A DNA stretch of 64,000 bases from Azolla caroliniana. Its lineage: Eukaryota > Plantae > Polypodiophyta. This document shows positions 57,588 through 64,000 of the stretch, one piece after another (positions within the stretch are counted from its first letter, which is position 1; each line of letters opens with the position of its first letter). The notes under the pieces are model-generated. The model saw only the letters and a list, made by a program, of their open reading frames with translations. It searched no databases and had not been told where the DNA came from. The stretch lies in NCBI GenBank assembly GCA_043228905.1, contig JBHGNT010000001.1, positions 12,338,001-12,402,000 of the forward strand, written 5' to 3'. The translations under genes and the position numbers were made by a program.

Positions 57588-59893
57588 ACGGTTTGCGCCT
57601 AGGGACAGTTTTCTTCACGACAACGCGTAGAAACACGACATCGACTACAATGAGACGTTTGCGCCGATCGCGAAAATGACGACCGTCCGTGTTTTGCTCG
57701 CGGTAGCTACGGCAAAGGGGTGGCACTTACATCAGATGGATGTAAAGAATGCGTTCCTGCAAGGTGAGCTTGAGGAATAGGTGTACATGGTACAGCCCCC
57801 CGGATTTCACTCCGGAACGAACACGTCGGCAATGTGCCGATTGAAGAAGTCCCTTTACGGACTGAAGCAAGCCCCACATGCCTGGAACGTGAAGATCACG
57901 CAGCAACTGCGTCGAATGGGCTTTGCAACGTCAAAATCGGACTCTTCCCTGTTCATCCGGAAAGGTCGACTCGGTCCGGTCAGTATTTTACAATATGTTG
58001 GTGACTTGGTCATCACCGACGCCGACCTAGGAGAAATCGACTGCGTGAAGCTCCAGCTTGCGGCATCGTTCGACATGAAGGATCTAGGGGATCTTCATTA
58101 CTTCCTCGGGATCGAAGTGATCCGTACCCCCGAAGGCATATTGATCAGCCAACGCCATTATGTGTTGAGTATGCTCTTCAAATTCGGGATGGCCGACTGT
58201 AAGTCTGTCTCAACTCCTCTAGATAGAACCGTCAAGCTTCGCCCCAATTCCGGAAAGGTATACGACCCGACGAGGTTCTGACAAATTGTCGAAAGCCTTA
58301 TCTACTTGACAATCACCCGACCCGATCTTAGTTATCCGGTTGGGGTGATCAGTCAGTTCATGGCGCGACCTACCGAGGAGCACCTTCAGTGTGCGCAACG
58401 CGTACTGCGGTATGTAAGCGGCACTAAGGACCGGGGATTGCTATATCGAATTGGTACAACCTCGCAGTTGGTTGGCTACACCGATGCTGATTGGGCTGGC
58501 AACGCCGCCAATCGCCGATCCACGTCCGGATACACGTTCTCTCTTGGGAGTGCTGCGATAGCGTGGAGCAGTAAGAAGCAGCCGACAATTGCATTGTCGA
58601 GCACCGAAGCTGAGTATCGAGGAGCGGCTGTCGCGACATGCGAAGCCATATGGTTGAAGTGGCTACTTAAGGATCTGCAGGTGGAGGTGTCCGATCCAAC
58701 GACTATCTACTACGACAACCTCAGCACATCCAACTCGCCAAGAAACCTGTTTTCCACGCCCGGACTAAGCACATTGAGGTGCACTACCATTTCGTCCGTG
58801 AACGTGTTCTCTCCAGTGAAGTCAAACTTCAGTATGTTCCGACGGATCGGCAGACCGCCGACATCTTCACCAAGCCTCTTGGTCTGGACAAGTTGCGACA
58901 ATTCTCGGGAGCGCTTGGGTTGCGTCACCTCAACGTGCCAAACTTGAGGGGGGGAGATGTCCACGGAAGGGGGAGAGAAGACCGCGACGCCGAGTCGGAT
59001 GACGAATTCAACTTCGGATCGACTGAAGAAGCTGAGGGCGGATCTGCGGAAGAGTCCAAAAGCGGACATAAGGGGAGAAGCCGAAAGAAAGAGCCGAAGC
59101 CAACCAAGCATGGGGGAGATGACGCCGTCAAGGGCGAGAAGACCGAAGACGAGTTGGAGATAGCCAACTCAGACGAGAGCGAAAACCGATCGGAGGTAGC
59201 CGAGTCGGTTCAGATGTTTGATTCGGATACACTGAATCAATCGAGGGCCAAGCGGAAAAGAAGGCAACAGGAGAAGCGCCAACACCGTGACAGCAAGGGA
59301 GCTGTGAAGGGCTGTGGGAGCAAACAAGCCGACCGGAAGGGTTGAAGCGCGCGGAGTCGAACAGGCCGAGGAGCGCGAGCGAGGCGTGGAGCCAAGAGGA
59401 ACCGGAGCGATGATCCAGAAGATCCCGAAGAGCCTCAAGTTGAGCTTGAGGGGGAGTGTTGAGAGACAAGCTCAACATCAGCCGGATCGGCTGAGCAAGC
59501 CGAGGACCGGATCGGTTGGGACCGATCGGTTAGGCCGGACCGGTGCGTAAAACGGATACGCAAACTGGTGCATAACGAGAGGCCGTATCGGTGTGTAAAC
59601 CGAAAGGCCGTTAGAGAGATATTCCTCGTAAGGAATAGTTTTGGGAGTAAGTGTCAAGGCTCATTTATGAGCAGTCAAGTACTGTCAATACTTGTGTCAG
59701 CCCATTGTCAGGGCTTGTATAAAAGGTGCTCACTGAGTACGTTGTATACACAGAGAATTAGTTTTTTGAATTGAATTTCTTGTGTATTCTCTCTCTATCT
59801 CTCCCGTGTACTGTGTATACTCAAGCTCTCCATTAAACCTGCATATTTTTTGTGTGTTTGGTTTTCTATTGCTTTTGCACATAATCTTTTACA

Positions 59894-60420
59894 ATAACCA
59901 TCCAAGAGACTCAACGGAACAATGATACATAAGATTAGTAGTCACTTGTAACAATGGTGTTTGACACCTTAAACTCCAATCAATCCACAGTTGTTCTCCT
60001 GTTTGTAGAGGTAAGGGACCTTGCATCAATGTAATATTTTGTAGTTGTTGCCAAATAAACCCATAATTAGGCGGGATGCGTAATAATTGACATGCTTCAG
60101 TAAACTCCAAAATTCTTTGAGATGGAACCTCAACTATATCTCCCGCCTCTTTGACCCCCAAACGAAACAAACGATTAAATTGAGAACACAATCTCTCCTT
60201 TTTTGGCCAACATAATAACCAAGAAGACACGAGTAACTCTTTTTGCAAAGAGTTACAATGCTCTCTACTAGATGATGGTTTCCATACACATAACAAGAGT
60301 GCTTCTTGCCATGAGGAAACTAAGTGTTGAACACATGAAGAACCCGGAATCCTAAGTGAAATACATCCATTCAGTAATTGCCACCATGAAGCCTTAATCA
60401 TTGTCCTCCCATGTGTTAAA
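59894..60420 (-). mobile_element. L1-like LINE segment, upstream partner of 38180-38856
   Basis: 170-aa ORF that continues in frame across the Copia A TSD. Confidence 0.65.
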
Positions 60421-60456
60421 CCCTTGTTCTCAATGAAATATCGAACAATAGATATC

Positions 60457-61150
60457 TGTCACAGAATGTGAATATCAAGGTTTGAACTTGTGACCTTCAA
60501 ACAATGGTCTTACACTTCAACCATTGCACCAACTCATTTTCATTAATAATTACATTTTCATATTATTATTATTCAAGAACTCTAGAGCACTAGACACATT
60601 AGATGACCGCCAAATGGCATGCACCTTGTACGCCAAGTGGTGCACAACATATATACCAAATGGCGATCATGCACATTCTGATGTACAGTATATAAGTCGA
60701 AGATCTACTTAGTGTTGAACCATTCCGGTTCAACACCAGTCTTCAGCAACCTTGTAATCTCGGTTTCCGGTAATAGAAATTCTTGTATTTTTGTCTTGTA
60801 AACGTCTTCTCGTTTGTTATTATCTTCTTTTCTTCGAAATCGACCTTGTCTTCGAAGCTTGGGTCGCGACAGTTTGAACTGGAATGGTTCAACACTAAGC
60901 AGATCTTCGACTTATATACTGTACATCAGAATGTGCATGATCGCCATTTGGCATACATGTTGTGCGCCACTTGGTGTACATGGTGCATGCCATTTGGCGG
61001 TCATCTAATGTGTCTAGTGCTCTAGAGTTCTTGAATAATAATAATATGAAAATATATTTATTAATGAAAATGAATTGGTGCAATGGTTGAAGTGTAAGAC
61101 CATTGTTTGAAGGTCACAAGTTCAAACCTTGATATTCACATTTTGTGACA
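60457..61150. mobile_element. Palindromic (fold-back) LTR-derived insertion with 277-bp inverted arms and 5-bp TSD
   Basis: TGTCACA..TGTGACA, TSD ATATC. Arms 60457-60733 and 60874-61150. Internal LTR-like end GGGTCGCGACA at 60871. Confidence 0.9.
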
Positions 61151-62834
61151 ATATCCATGGTTGTGAGTTTGAACATGTGTCTTGTAATAATGAAAATCTA
61201 CGAGCCATCATATGCATAGATAAGTTCAATATTCCACCCCCCCCCCCCAATCGCTTAGGGGTTGCTAGATGATTTCTTCACTTCTTCTTCCCTTCTCCAC
61301 TCTTGCGTTTTTTCCTCCCTCCCTCTCTCTCTCTCTCTCTAATCACTTTGAAATCTCAAAGTCTAACCTAATCATTGTATTTGGTCCAACCCTTGCAATT
61401 AACTTCATGAACTAATCAAAGCTTAACTAAGTTGGTGATTTCTTGTATTTTCTCTTTTTGAATGAGTATTTGCATCATGTTGAAGTCTCATATAGTTAAG
61501 AAACTATTTCTTTGTGTGAGCGTGACTAAGTAGGAGATTAGAAATAGAGTTAAATTGAGTAGTTATTTTAACATTAGACGATCAAGAATCATACACACCC
61601 GCTATTGTTTGTTTCACCAGCCAAAGGGTAGATGATGGTACCTTCTTGCACATCGGCCTTAATGTGGTTCTCTAGGAAGAATTCCCAAGCGAGAAGTAGT
61701 TACTAGCAAGAACCCAAGCGGAAATATCATGTGATAAAAGGTTTTTCCTAATTCCAATGTCTTCCAAGAGGAGGAAAAGGTTCCTCTTAGCGATGTTCTA
61801 CCTAGAATGTGCTTGCTCAATCCTTTTATGTAATGTCTCTCTATGCATGCCTTGCACATATTCGATGTGTGACCATACATAGTACTCTTACTTGCTATTA
61901 TTCAATATTGACATTACCAACCAACACATATTATATTGTTAACTATACAATGTTTACCATTGGTTCATATACCTTTCATTTGTCCTTATCATGTCTTGTC
62001 TCCTCCTTTGTCTTTCTTTGCCTGAAACTGCACACCTTATTTCTCTCTTAGGGTCATATTGAATCAATATAAAAGTCTATGAACATAATTTTGTTCTTCT
62101 CTTTAGTGGAAAAACTATATGACAATTTCCTAAGACAAAGGTTTTTGGCAAGACATTTTTTACGAATCATAATATTTTGTAAGGAATATGTATATTGCCA
62201 AAAATGTTAATACTTTTATTGTCTATGAATACAAGTAAATTGATACAACAACTAATGGCACAATGTTTTACAATGTAAATTAAGTGTAGCATCACACATG
62301 TAAATGTAATGCTCACATTCATTATCTACAAAGTGGAGGATGTTGCATTAGCCATGAGAATACTTTTGAAGGACAATGGGTGAACACGTCTACACCTTTT
62401 AACGCACAATATGCAACATAAGGCATCCAATTTTTGACTTTGACTCCTCTATCATACATGTGCCAATTATAAAAGGAAGGCTAATGAAAATGAGGTATGA
62501 AGTATGCTTGATGTTGAGCAAAAATGATTTATATCTATGCTTGGTCAAAAAGGGATTCCCCAACCTTTTAAAAAAGAGCTTTACTCAAACATTTGATATT
62601 TTACGTTCTGATTCCTAAATACAACTCTTACAACGAACAGACGATATTGATGTCCTTCCTATGGTTGAAATAGACACATGTGCAATTATGCCTCTCATGT
62701 TAGCTTAAGTAGATTCTCCCCTTTATTACGTACACAAAAGCAATCCCATGGTTTAAGAGGCAGGCAATTTTCCAAAGAGAGAGATGATGTTTTCACATTC
62801 ATAAGAGATAAGGCAGATAAATAGATCTAAGGTG

Positions 62835-63420
62835 TGGTTTAATCAATACCGCTAGACAAAAAACTCGATAGAAGACATAGACATTCCAGTTTTCTGGAGA
62901 GTTCCACAAGGTTGACTGATATGAGTCCGGATCATTTTAGAAGAAGAAGACAATCTCGGAATCGAGTGAGTGTTCGAATCCTGGCAAACTGCTGACCAAA
63001 CTCAACATGCCTAGAATCAAAAGCCCAATTTTACAATTTATTGACTCATTTGATTATGGTTTAATCAGTACCGCTAGACAAAAAACTCGATAGAAGACAT
63101 AGACATGTATGGGACTGCAAAAAGGGATTGAGAATTCCAGTTTTCTGGAGAGTTCCACAAGGCTAATTGATATGAGTCCAGATCATTTTAGAAGAAGAAA
63201 ACAATCTCAGAATCGAGTGAGTGTCCGAATCTCGGCAAACTACTGACCTAACTCAACATGCCTAGAATCAAAAGCCCAAATTTACAATTTATTGACTCAT
63301 TTGACTCCAGATCATTTTAGAAGAAGAAGAAGAAGACAATCTCGGAATCCAGTGAGTGTCCGAATCCCGGCAAACTCCCAACCAAAGTGAGCATGGCCGG
63401 AATCAGAAGCCCACTTTTAT
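62835..63420. repeat. Tandem repeat of about 220-245 bp (two full copies and one partial)
   Basis: TGGTTTAATCA.TACCGCTAGACAAAAAACTCG..GATCATTTTAGAAGAAG..GACTCATTTGA is repeated. Confidence 0.85.
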
Positions 63421-63524
63421 AATTTCAGCATAAAAGTATATCCATTTATGTAATGCATATTATTCTTTCGACATATACCCTCCCATTATTTATTTATTTC
63501 GTAGTAGTTCCTGTTCGCCTTTCT

Positions 63525-63617
63525 CACCAAACCCTAATTCCCCATCATACCAAACCCTAATTTCGTTTCTCAGCTTCCCCGAACCCTAATTCTCTGTAGT
63601 AGTGCGAGAGAAAGGGT

Positions 63618-63657
<40 letters not shown>

Positions 63658-63660
63658 GAA
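63525..63660 (+). promoter_or_regulatory. Telo-box cluster and (GA)n tract, possible promoter/5' UTR of a gene beyond the window
   Basis: AAACCCTAA twice and AACCCTAA once, followed by (GA)n and T-rich intron-like DNA. Confidence 0.35.
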
Positions 63661-64000
63661 GGGAAGGGAAATGGGGTGGATGCGTGCCATCTTCACTCAT
63701 TTCGACATTTTTGGAGGGTAAAAATCATCTGTCCTGTTTCTCTGATTCTGTTTTTGGTTTTCACTGTGCTGCTATAAATTTGAATGCATTCTCAGGGTTT
63801 TCTCTGTGTTGCGAGAATTTTAATTTATTATTAGGGTTTCACTGTATTGTTAGGACTTTCAATATGCTATGTGAATTTTCATCGCATTGTTCGGGGTTTC
63901 ACTGTAATTTTACGGCGTCCACTGTATTTTTAGGTTTTTTTGAAAAATAAACTGTATCCTACATTTATGACTAGGATTTTGTTCAGAAATGAGCAGTGAA

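Noticed and set aside
62835-63420. Repeat array as CRISPR-like
   Set aside because: Long contiguous tandem units with no unique spacers, no cas genes, and a eukaryotic context.

Overview
Eukaryotic nuclear DNA from a repeat-rich land plant. The gene and TE style look fern-like or seed-free, but that is inference. There are two apparently intact host genes: an 11-exon geranylgeranyltransferase-I beta subunit gene (GGB, 9306-15205, +) and an intronless dirigent gene (26565-27149, +). There are two pseudogenes: an EF-hand/CML-like gene cut by a Copia element, and a chloroplast monothiol glutaredoxin GRXS14 copy inside a possible Pack-MULE-like element. The rest is mostly transposons: two tRNA-Trp-primed Ty3/Gypsy copies, several Copia elements and solo LTRs, RTE-X-like and L1-like LINEs, and a 21-kb nested cluster (38857-59893). 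The most unusual signals are four: (i) a 694-bp palindromic LTR insertion that matches a fold-back of the plus-strand strong-stop DNA of a self-priming retroelement; (ii) outward-facing tRNA-like (Pol III A/B-box) cassettes in the U3 of three different LTRs; (iii) a GGAUUUU slippery site plus pseudoknot between protease and RT, conserved in both Gypsy copies; (iv) repeated insertion next to ACG(C/G). All coordinates were read by hand and no database searches were run.
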